The notes beneath the pieces were generated by a model. That model saw nothing but the letters and a program-made list of their open reading frames with translations, ran no database searches and was not told the origin of the DNA. From positions 1 to 64,000 of the IMG/VR virus record IMGVR_UViG_3300027963_000041: 64,000 nt of DNA; one strand, given 5' to 3'. Shown piece after piece: positions 46,489-56,300 of this stretch. The DNA comes from a virus. Within the stretch, counting starts at the first letter, position 1. Each line of letters opens with the position of its first letter. The position numbers and the translations under genes were made by a program.

Positions 46489-47010
46489 ATGTTTCAATTT
46501 TTTCCTAAAATACTTTATCTCATTAACGACTTTGATTATCAAAAAGTTGTTGATTTAAACGTGTCCGCACAAATCACAGAGTATGTAAAGAAGTTTAAAA
46601 CCTCTCCTTCTGCTCGACAATTTATTGTTCGTGATGGCGAACGTCCTGAAGCAGTTTCGCAAAGATTGTACGGCACACCAAAATACGATTATCTTATCAT
46701 GTTAATAAATGATATTGAAAGCATCTACGATGACTGGCCTCGAAATTCAGTAGCACTCAATAATTATATTGCAAGTAAATATGGAAGTATTGGTGCGGCC
46801 TCGGTACCAGGATATTGGTACACAGGTGATGGCGATCAAGTAGCAGAAGCGTATTGGAACACATTAACTGATGATCCTAAAAAATATGTTCGAACATTTT
46901 TCGAACATGAAGTAGAATTAAATGATGAAAAAGCAAAGATCGACATATTCGATATTCAAATTGCTATAAAATTTGAAACTGGTTTGCAAGAATTATTTGA
47001 TAATCTATAA
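46489..47010 (+). CDS. gp53: baseplate wedge subunit
   Basis: FFPKI, DGERPE..S..LYG and N.I....DWP motifs. Confidence 0.85.
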   Translation: MFQFFPKILYLINDFDYQKVVDLNVSAQITEYVKKFKTSPSARQFIVRDGERPEAVSQRLYGTPKYDYLIMLINDIESIYDDWPRNSVALNNYIASKYGSIGAASVPGYWYTGDGDQVAEAYWNTLTDDPKKYVRTFFEHEVELNDEKAKIDIFDIQIAIKFETGLQELFDNL

Positions 47011-48395
47011 TGGCATACACATTTCCCAAACTTAATGTACCGCGCGATCAATTTGGCTTTCAAATAGAGTCAGAGTCAACTACGCCGGATCACATTAAAG
47101 ATACCTATATCTTATCTGCGCTCTTTATTAAAATTAAAAACGGAAAAACTATTTCACTAGGCAACTCTTTCAATCGTCTTGAAATATACGAAGACATTTT
47201 TAGTCCGTCAATTACAGGTAAGATAAGCGTTTATGATTATGTTGGTGGTATTGAAAAGTTTATGTTTACTGGCGGCGAAACAATCACGTTGCGAGTAACC
47301 AAGCCAGGCGGCTCAAACGAAACTCTTATTTCGCGTGACGATTTAATTGTTTATGAAATAGGTAAAATTCAATACGATAATGAAAATGCTATGACGTATG
47401 AATTGAGTTTTACGTCAAAGTCTGCAATCGCATCACAAAAGAAAAGACTGTACAAAAGTTTTGGTACAGACAAAGGACTGAGAAGTGTATTCTCTAAAAT
47501 TTATTCTGACGTAAATGAAGTATCAAACTTAAACGTCAATACAATTGATCCTGACATTAGAATGCAAAATTCATTTGTATGTCCTGGATATACTCCACTT
47601 GAAGCATTGTCTCAGTTGGCAAGACGTTCATGTGCATTGGGAGATTACTTTGTATTCTATGAAAAACTAAACGGAAGAAATGCCTCAGATTTTAAACATG
47701 TGTTCATCTCATTGGGATCACTCAAAGAGTTTTGGAACAATGCAGACAAGTTGCAAAAACTTGTATATCAACCATCTCAAGATTATATAAATCGCGAAAC
47801 AAACACATTCATTCAAATTAAAAGTTTTTTGATTGAGAACAACTTTCAACATTTAGAACGAATGCAAACTGGATTCTACAATTCAAACATTCGCCAGATC
47901 GATCCATATAGCCGAAATTATACCGATTCAAAAATCAGTTACAAAGACATGGCACTTGATACAGATTTTTATACCAATCGCATTTTAGAAAACAATAACG
48001 AATTTTTAAAATATGATGATACTTACCCAGAATTTCCTGGCGAAAGATTGATTGTGAAGCCAAAAAATGATATAGTATTAGATAAGGCGAATTGGATCAA
48101 ATATGACACTTATGGTGGGCTTCTAAATAGTGGGTTACGAGTACTTGCAGATATACCAGGCGCGGATAATCGGATTAGCGTTGGCTATGCAGTTGAATTA
48201 GCATTACCAAGTAAGGTAGCAAAAGCGCAAAACTTAGAGCAAAGTTTTGTTGCTGAAGATGAATTTTACTCAGGAAAATATCTAGTAACAGCAGTACGTC
48301 ACATATTTACTAAAGATACTTATATCAAGAAAATAGAACTAAGCCGCGGCTCACTCAAGATCAATCTTGATAGACGCATCGAACAAACGAGTTAA
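47010..48395 (+). CDS. baseplate hub protein (gp27-like)
   Basis: IYEDIFSP.ITG and SGKYLVTAVRH motifs; position before gp5. Confidence 0.7.
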   Translation: MAYTFPKLNVPRDQFGFQIESESTTPDHIKDTYILSALFIKIKNGKTISLGNSFNRLEIYEDIFSPSITGKISVYDYVGGIEKFMFTGGETITLRVTKPGGSNETLISRDDLIVYEIGKIQYDNENAMTYELSFTSKSAIASQKKRLYKSFGTDKGLRSVFSKIYSDVNEVSNLNVNTIDPDIRMQNSFVCPGYTPLEALSQLARRSCALGDYFVFYEKLNGRNASDFKHVFISLGSLKEFWNNADKLQKLVYQPSQDYINRETNTFIQIKSFLIENNFQHLERMQTGFYNSNIRQIDPYSRNYTDSKISYKDMALDTDFYTNRILENNNEFLKYDDTYPEFPGERLIVKPKNDIVLDKANWIKYDTYGGLLNSGLRVLADIPGADNRISVGYAVELALPSKVAKAQNLEQSFVAEDEFYSGKYLVTAVRHIFTKDTYIKKIELSRGSLKINLDRRIEQTS

Positions 48396-48397
48396 AA

Positions 48398-49351
48398 ATG
48401 AAACTATCATTCTCAGAATACGTTTATAAAAAAGAATATGAGTCAAGAGTACCTCTTGAAGAAAAACTCATTCTTTACAACAATGGCGCAAAATATGGGC
48501 AAGTTGTATTCCTTGCTGGCGGTGCTGGTTCGGGTAAAGGTTTTGCCATTAGCAATTTTATGCAAGGCGAAGACTTTAAGATTCGTGATGTAGATGAATT
48601 AAAGATTGCATTTCAAAAACTTGATGATTTAGGTAAATTCACTATGGATGCATTACTGAAAAAATACAGTAATAACATTAGCGAACGTGATATGGACTTG
48701 ATTCAAAAGAATGTTATCGATAAAGGTTACTCTCTTAAAGATTTAAACCTCAAGACACCAGAACACGTTTACGCACTACACGTTATGGTTCGTGCAAGCG
48801 GTGTAAAAAATAAAACACTTGATCTATTGCTTGATGGCGCGGCACAAAATACATTACCTAACATTCTCATTGACTCCACTTTTGCAGACATGGATGATAT
48901 GACAGGTTACATTCCCAAGTTGCTCAAAGCAGGTTATGGAACTCGAAACATTCATGTGACTTGGGTGCTAACTAATTATGAGATTGCAATTCAGAACAAC
49001 AAGAAACGTGCGCGAGTAGTGCCAGAAGATATTCTACTGAAGACACACAGAGGTGCGGCACAAACTGTATTTGCATTAGTCAAAAAAGGTTTTCCAAAAG
49101 AAGTAGATGGTGGTGTTTATGTGGTACTAAACAATCCACAAAATACAATGTTCATTGTTGATCCTAAAACTGGTCAGCACTATAAAGATATTAAAGGCAA
49201 CAAAGTTGTCGGTAAATTCATGTATCTTACATTGAAGAAGCCAGGTAAGTCAATGACAAACGATGCCGGCGTTCGTAAAGAACTATACAATTGGATTGTA
49301 GATAACGTACCACCAGATTCACTAGATACGAAAGAACTAGACGATCTATGA
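48398..49351 (+). CDS. P-loop kinase (zeta-toxin/AAA_33-like)
   Basis: FLAGGAGSGKG, DST and NxxRxRVVP motifs. Confidence 0.8.
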   Translation: MKLSFSEYVYKKEYESRVPLEEKLILYNNGAKYGQVVFLAGGAGSGKGFAISNFMQGEDFKIRDVDELKIAFQKLDDLGKFTMDALLKKYSNNISERDMDLIQKNVIDKGYSLKDLNLKTPEHVYALHVMVRASGVKNKTLDLLLDGAAQNTLPNILIDSTFADMDDMTGYIPKLLKAGYGTRNIHVTWVLTNYEIAIQNNKKRARVVPEDILLKTHRGAAQTVFALVKKGFPKEVDGGVYVVLNNPQNTMFIVDPKTGQHYKDIKGNKVVGKFMYLTLKKPGKSMTNDAGVRKELYNWIVDNVPPDSLDTKELDDL

Positions 49352-49578
49352 AAACATTTAAACAGTTTATAAGCACACCTGCAACACAAGAAGAGTGGGA
49401 AGAGGATGTGTATGGTCCAGAACTTGTTGAAGTACTCAAACAAGTAGATGGTAAGTGGGCGTTAGTTTCAAAGAATACAGGTAAACCTCTTGCATACTAT
49501 AAAGGTGAGGGCAAGCCATCTGACGATTGGGTAGCGAAGCAAGAAAGACGCATTCAGTATTTTAAAAGTATGAGGTAA
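49348..49578 (+). CDS. small protein with an MKTFKQF N-terminus
   Basis: Start overlaps the upstream stop; ends in RIQYFK. Confidence 0.75.
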   Translation: MKTFKQFISTPATQEEWEEDVYGPELVEVLKQVDGKWALVSKNTGKPLAYYKGEGKPSDDWVAKQERRIQYFKSMR

Positions 49579-49580
49579 TT

Positions 49581-50732
49581 ATGTTTCTTGGTCGCGAAGG
49601 TTTTTATTGGTGGATTGGTATTGTTGAGGATAATGTAGACCCTCTTTTGTTAGGGCGCGTTAAAGTACGCATCTTTGGATATCACTCATCGTATGCAGAA
49701 AGAGCAAGAGGAATTCCTACTGCGGATTTACCTTGGGCAACAATTGTTGTGCCACCTAATGGACAGAACACTTATTCTAGAATTGGACTAGGTGAATGGG
49801 TTGTAGGTTTCTTCATGGATGGCGCAGACGCACAAGAGCCAATTGTGTTGGGTATTATGCCTACACCTCTTTCAGAAGGTGCGGTAACAAGTGGCTTTGG
49901 TCAATACGGAACACCTACTAGATCGTTTCCTCAGATTACTACATCAAAAGATAATTATCCTCCAAACGGAAGTGCAGATAACGATTATTCTAGACTAGCA
50001 CAAAGAATGTCTATAATGTCTGAAGGTGGCCACCAGATCAATCTTATAGATCATAGTGATACTGACAATCCTTCTATATTAGAAATTAAACATAAAAACG
50101 GAAGTTCTTTTGTGGAACTTAGAAGTAACGGACTCACAATTAGCAATCAAGGTAAGACTAAAATTACATTTGATGATGAGCGTATCTATGCTGTAGGTCC
50201 ACACGGCACAAACGAACTATCTGTGCCGCCACCTCCATCAGGTGGGGGCGGCGGTAAAATCATATGTACCAAACTTTATGAATTGGGTTATTTGTCAAAA
50301 GAAATTTATGAGTTAGACCAAGAGTTTGGTCAACTTTTAGTTGAGAAAAGTCCTGACACCTACTACGGATATATCGCATGGGCGCAAACTGTTGTAGATT
50401 GGATGGAAGGTAACGGACCTCAATGTATGTTCTGGATTCGTGATTCAGAAGAAAGAAAGCAAGCCCAAGTATATCTAAGTACTAAGTGGGCTAGAGAGAT
50501 TGCAACACCATGGGCAAGTCATATGGCTTATCTAATGGGAAATGAAAATGAAAAGAATGTTACTGGCAGAGTCTTAATGTCTGTCGGCAAGCCAATCTGC
50601 AAAGTGATTGGTGTATGGCAAAGATGGTTTGGCAAATCAGATCAGCCAACAGGGTTATTCAAAGGTTTCTTACTGTGGGGAATCTTTGCAATTCTACGAT
50701 TTATTGTATGGTTTTATAGGAACGTAAAATGA
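49581..50732 (+). CDS. gp5: baseplate hub spike (OB fold, short beta region, GGGG-KIICT C-terminal domain)
   Basis: WWIGIVED..DP..LGRVKVRIFG.H, LPWA and WVVGFFMDG..AQEP motifs. Confidence 0.85.
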   Translation: MFLGREGFYWWIGIVEDNVDPLLLGRVKVRIFGYHSSYAERARGIPTADLPWATIVVPPNGQNTYSRIGLGEWVVGFFMDGADAQEPIVLGIMPTPLSEGAVTSGFGQYGTPTRSFPQITTSKDNYPPNGSADNDYSRLAQRMSIMSEGGHQINLIDHSDTDNPSILEIKHKNGSSFVELRSNGLTISNQGKTKITFDDERIYAVGPHGTNELSVPPPPSGGGGGKIICTKLYELGYLSKEIYELDQEFGQLLVEKSPDTYYGYIAWAQTVVDWMEGNGPQCMFWIRDSEERKQAQVYLSTKWAREIATPWASHMAYLMGNENEKNVTGRVLMSVGKPICKVIGVWQRWFGKSDQPTGLFKGFLLWGIFAILRFIVWFYRNVK

Positions 50733-50893
50733 AAAATGAAGAACTTAAAGATGCACTCGACAAACTTACTGAAATTGAGAGACAGATTCTTATTGATAAT
50801 ATCAACTACCATACTGTGTTGATTTTATTGAAGATGTTTCCTGATAATGACATTATTAAAGACTTGGTAAATAGTAAAAGGACCTAAAACCTT

Positions 50894-50901
50894 TATAAAT
50901 A
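50894..50901 (+). promoter_or_regulatory. T4-type late promoter
   Basis: TATAAATA. Confidence 0.75.
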
Positions 50902-50989
50902 CTCTTAAATCACAGGGGACACCCTATTTTAGTTGCTTGTCAAGCATTTGTCAAGTAATTTTCGCATATTAACCATTGAGGAACATATT

Positions 50990-51166
50990 ATGTCCAATCA
51001 CGAAACACTTGTCAATCTTTTCGAAACTTATGTAAAAGAGAACGAAAAATTTGCAGAAAAAGGCGTAAAAGCCGCCGGAACAAGAGCAAGAAAAGCATTA
51101 GCCGAATTCACTAAAGCGGCAAAAGAACGCAGAAAAGAAATTCAGGATCAAAAGACAGCAGAATAA
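50990..51166 (+). CDS. Hc1 histone H1-like small basic protein
   Basis: KGVKAAGTRARKAL...K..R motif; GAGGA RBS. Confidence 0.8.
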   Translation: MSNHETLVNLFETYVKENEKFAEKGVKAAGTRARKALAEFTKAAKERRKEIQDQKTAE

Positions 51167-51169
51167 TAT

Positions 51170-51547
51170 ATGGCATCCGCATTTTCCGACTTACCTCTAA
51201 GTTTTAAGATTAATCCTATTACAGGAGATGTACCGCCTGCGCGTAATGAAAGCGCAGTAAAAAAGGCGCTGATTAATCTAATCAAAACACCAGTCGGAAC
51301 GCGCCCATTTGCTCCAGAGTACGGATCAAGAGTTTATGACTATTTGTTTGAACCCGCAGATTCGCAAACAGAATTACGTTTGAACGATGACATAGCACAA
51401 TGCATTGAACGATTTGAACCTAGGGCACAAGTGGTTGCAATTGAATCAAGTATTACAGACAATGGTATTGAATTAAAAGTAGAATATTATGTGGTGAATG
51501 TAGCAACTTTACAACAACTAGAAACAGTAATCACAAGAACGGCATAA
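51170..51547 (+). CDS. gp25: baseplate wedge subunit
   Basis: NLI.T..G.RPF.P.YGS...LFE...FEPR motif. Confidence 0.92.
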   Translation: MASAFSDLPLSFKINPITGDVPPARNESAVKKALINLIKTPVGTRPFAPEYGSRVYDYLFEPADSQTELRLNDDIAQCIERFEPRAQVVAIESSITDNGIELKVEYYVVNVATLQQLETVITRTA

Positions 51548-51551
51548 ACAA

Positions 51552-53369
51552 ATGGCTACACCTACAAATTTAAAAATTGATGGCGTAAATTTTCTACAAA
51601 TTCGTGAAAACTTCAAAAACTATTTGAAGAATCAAGATCAGTTTAGAGATTATAACTTTGATGCTTCTGGTATCTCCACTCTACTTGACATTTTAACTTT
51701 TAACACATATTACAATTCGTTCTATGTGAACATGGTTGCGACTGAAACAAATTTAAATACAGCACAGCGTAGAAATTCAATTGTCAATCTTGCTGGTAGT
51801 TTGAACTATGTACCAAGATCAACTACTGCGGCAAGAATTAAAGGTACAATTAAATTAACTGCAACTGGTTCTCCCTCTTCAATTACACTTCCACAGTACA
51901 CTCGCTTTGATGCAGTTTATGAGGGGGTGACGTATTCGTTCGTAACGCAAGAGCCTTTAACATTTACATCAGCCACAAGTTACACGTTAAGCAACATTGA
52001 ATTAATTCAAGGGCGTTATATTCAAGAAAGATATACGGTCAATCTTGACGATGGCACACAAAGATTTTTAATCAATAACGCATTAGTAGACACCGCAACT
52101 TTATTGGTTCGTGTTCAAACTTCTTCGACAATTGGTACACTTAGAGTTTTTGAAAATCCAACCAACCTTGTTGAAGTTTCTGGAACTACTCGCGCATACT
52201 TCATTAAAGAAGTTGAAGATGGTAAATATGAAGTAACTTTCGGTGATGATGTTATTGGTGAAGCACTTGACAATGATAACATTGTTATTATGGATTACAT
52301 CGTAACTGAAGGTGCATCTGCCAATCAAATTCGCGAGATAACTTTAACATCTACTATCGCAAATGTTCAAGACGCACTATTTACTGCGAATGATGTTTCA
52401 TTGGGTGGTGAAGACAGAGAAACGCCAGAAAGAATTAAATTTGCCGCACCAAAGTTTTACACCGCACAGAATCGTGCAGTTACAGTAGAAGACTATCGCG
52501 CTATTCTTTTAAATGCACCGAACGTAGGTTCAGTATCAGTATGGGGCGGAGAGGATAATGATCCACCATTTTATGGTAAAGTTTTTATTGCTGTAAAACC
52601 TACAGTAGGTGAACAATTAACTACTACAGAAAAAGATAGTATTGTCAGAACCATTCTTAAAGGTAAAAAGATTTTAACTGTTCAAAACGAAATAGTTGAT
52701 CCTGAATTTATTTTCATTTCTATTGTTGCTGACGTAAAATATGATCCAGAACAAACTGTTGCAACACAAGACAGCGTAAATTCAAAAATACTTGATACCA
52801 TTAAATTGTATAACGATACAGACATTAATCAATTTTCAAAATATCTACGCTATTCAAAACTATCGCGTTTGATTGATACATGTGAGCGTTCAATTTTAAG
52901 TTCCGAACTGACATTATCGATGTACAAAGAATTTGATTTGCAGTTAGGACAAGCATCACGTTATGTAATTAACTTCTCAAATAGCATTTCAAAACAAACT
53001 GTTGGTCGTTTGTCGAGTTTTGGCTATGGTCAAGGCGGCGCAATTACTTCAGGCGCATTTACATTTCAAGGATTTCCAAATTGTATCTTAGAAGATAACA
53101 ACGGAATTCTTCGCGTATTTCGTAGAGTAGAACAAAATATTTTTGGTGTCGCACAAAACGTAGGCACTATAAATTATGACACAGGACAACTTATTCTAAA
53201 CGATTTTAATCCTACTGCGATTGCCGAAGGTGGTGTTACTCTCAAGATTTTTGCTATTCCTTCAGGTAATGATATTTTACCACTTAGAGGACAAATCGTT
53301 AGTATTCGTGACGAAGACATTACGATCAATCTAACAAACGATAAAACAATTAGCCTAGTAAGAAGATAA
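51552..53369 (+). CDS. gp6: baseplate wedge subunit
   Basis: F.DYNF..SG...LLD.L, QNRAVT..DY and WGGE.N.PP.YG motifs. Confidence 0.93.
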   Translation: MATPTNLKIDGVNFLQIRENFKNYLKNQDQFRDYNFDASGISTLLDILTFNTYYNSFYVNMVATETNLNTAQRRNSIVNLAGSLNYVPRSTTAARIKGTIKLTATGSPSSITLPQYTRFDAVYEGVTYSFVTQEPLTFTSATSYTLSNIELIQGRYIQERYTVNLDDGTQRFLINNALVDTATLLVRVQTSSTIGTLRVFENPTNLVEVSGTTRAYFIKEVEDGKYEVTFGDDVIGEALDNDNIVIMDYIVTEGASANQIREITLTSTIANVQDALFTANDVSLGGEDRETPERIKFAAPKFYTAQNRAVTVEDYRAILLNAPNVGSVSVWGGEDNDPPFYGKVFIAVKPTVGEQLTTTEKDSIVRTILKGKKILTVQNEIVDPEFIFISIVADVKYDPEQTVATQDSVNSKILDTIKLYNDTDINQFSKYLRYSKLSRLIDTCERSILSSELTLSMYKEFDLQLGQASRYVINFSNSISKQTVGRLSSFGYGQGGAITSGAFTFQGFPNCILEDNNGILRVFRRVEQNIFGVAQNVGTINYDTGQLILNDFNPTAIAEGGVTLKIFAIPSGNDILPLRGQIVSIRDEDITINLTNDKTISLVRR

Positions 53370-53370
53370 A

Positions 53371-56300
53371 ATGGCTGATACAGTCTATTACAATCCAACT
53401 CTTGGACTCCAAAACATCACGCCTGCGCTTGATGATGAAACCTTTTTGTTTTTCCTCAGCGCATACTATGATTGGATGCAGACAACCGATATTACCTTTA
53501 ATGGTGCGTCTGGTGCATTCTCAAATGGCGAAATAATTACAGGGCAAGATTCAAGAGCAACCGCAACAATTCGTTATGTAGGATCAAATACAATTACTGT
53601 CTCAATGAAGACGGAAATTCCATTTGACCTTGGAGAAGAATTTGTTGGTGGCACAAGCGCAAACTCAGCATTTGTTTTAGAACTATCAGACAATGTATTG
53701 CGTAAAGCATCTCACATTCGCGAAAATAAAAATAACGACAAAGCCCAAGGGCAATTTTTAGAATATCTTAAAGGCGAACTGAACAAAGGCATACCAGTTA
53801 AAACTTCTGCTGATAGAAGAAGATTGATTGCACAACTAAAAGATTTTTTTAGATCAAAGTCTACTGAAGAAGCATATACGTTTCTTTTCAGAGCATTGTT
53901 TAATGAAACAATTGAGATTCGTTATCCTGGTGATGATTTGCTACGAGTTTCAGATGGTAACTTTTTAAAGCAAAGTACTATTCGTATTAATGACAGAGGC
54001 GTGTCTCAACTTGGCGGTGAAGCAAGTGTAGTTTCAGGTAATGCTCTTGTAATTGGAAGCAATACAGATTTTACAGATTTTTCTACATCAGATTATTTTA
54101 AAATTGGTACTCAACAAGCAGTCGTGTCAAATGTTATTAATGCGACACACATGCTTGCGACAACAAATTTTACAACAACCGCAAATAATCAATTTGTTTA
54201 CGAGTTAATACCAACAGATATTTTTGAATTAAAAAACAAAACCATTCGAGGTAGAACTTCAGGTTCTATTGGCGTTGTTGCAGACGTTCGCGCATCTACT
54301 CTTGGTGGTAAATCTTATGCTGACGTTATTCTTCGATTAATTTCTGGCTCATTTGCAGAAAACGAAATTATTGAAGATATTGAGAATCCATCATCTAACG
54401 TCATTGTGTATGGTGTTGTAAATGGTATTAATATTAACGATGGTGGTACAGGTTATGCAGTTGACGATGTAGTTATCATTACAGGTGATGGCTCAGAAGC
54501 CGCCGCAAAAGTTACCTCTGTTTCTGAAGCGCCAATTACAAAAATTGTTTTGGCCAACACCGGTATTGGTTATCAGAACAATTTAAGTGCAGTAATTAAT
54601 AACACAGGAACTGGCGGTACAGGATTTGCAGTTAAAATTTCTGAAATTGCAAACACATATACTGTAGGCGCAAACAATCAATATACAGTTGGTGATACAG
54701 TATCATTAAGAATTGTAAATCGCGGTTCTGGTTACGTTGCACTTCCTACAATTACATTACAAGACACCGCCGTTGCATCACTAGGTCTTCTACATGATAA
54801 ATTAATTCGTATCAATAATGCAGGTACGTTGTATCAAGTAGGCGATGCACTTGTCTTTACAAATCCAATAGGATTTAGTGGCAACACGGCGGTTGGTCGC
54901 GTTGCGGCAGTTACAGAACGATGGGCAGAAACTCCAGTAATTTTAGTTGCGACTGAAATTGTTGAGCCATACAAAAATGAAAGTCTATTAGATGACTTTG
55001 GATCAAATACAGTTAGCGTTGATGGCGCAGGCGATGAAGAAGTTGGTATTCTCATCGAAGGTAGTTACTACGACAGACTGAAAACAGAAGATTGGCGCGC
55101 CGTTGGTCCGATTGAACGTCTAGAACTTACACATTCCGCAAACGGAAATTATGCATTTGGTAGCGGATACTCTACAACCAGTTTGCCAACTGTAGCAGTT
55201 ACATCTGCAAATGGTGTTGGTGCAAGTTTACAAGTATTTAATATTCAAGGTAAGAGTGCAGTTATTAATATTGATGCAAGCAACAACATTGCAGGTATCG
55301 GTTCAATTCGTGAAGTTACAATTCTTAACCAAGGTATTGATTACACCACAGCAACCATTGATGCGTCTGCTAAAGGTGATGGCAATGCAAATCTAACCGC
55401 AGAAATTGGTGGCTTGTTTGTTGATTCTGGTCGCTTTACGAATGATGATGGTAAAATAAACTTTAAGATTCTTCAAGACTCATTATTCTATCAAGATTTT
55501 TCATATGTTATTCGAAGCGGTTTATCATTTGATCGATATAAAGAAATTGTTAAAGAAGTAGTTCACCCTGCTGGCTTAGAATTTTTTGGTGAAATTGTTA
55601 TTACAAGCACCATTTCTTTGACAGCCAACTTCTCTTCACAATTTGCGGCCGCATCCGCGCCAAGATTTGCTTCTATATTCTCTTTCTTGTCATTGTTCGA
55701 AGGTATTGGATTGCCTCCTCCAGTACAATCTTCAATTATCGTCAAAATTAAACCAGTTGTTTCTTATGTTGATCAAGCAATACTTGACTTACCTGAACAA
55801 GATGGCGGAACAATTCAAGTTGAAATTAATCCTACGATTAATGTTGGTGCAATAACCCATACTGAGTATCGTCCAATTCTTTCACCAGTTATTGATGTTG
55901 GTATTTTTGGTGCCGCAAATGTTACAGTTATTCCTGTATCTTTAGGTACAAGCGAATACGATGTTATTCTTGCTGGTGCATCTCTACCTGCTACATTTGA
56001 CCCGTCTGGTGCAGTTAGAGAAATTAATATTGAGCCGATTGTTATCAATCAAGGCATAACTGTTATTGAGTCTACCGATCCAGGTCTTAAAGGACCACTA
56101 CAATTTTGGCTCGGTCCAGTTGTTGTTTCCGCAGAGTTTATTTTCTCATCGGTGGCACCAAGAACAGAAGTTTCTGGTGGCGTAGGAATAATCGTATCAA
56201 CATCTACATTTACGGATTCAGAATATAACGTAGAAATTCCTATTTTTGTTGGTATGACGCCAACAATTATACCGACAGATCAAATTGCTACACCTAAGTT

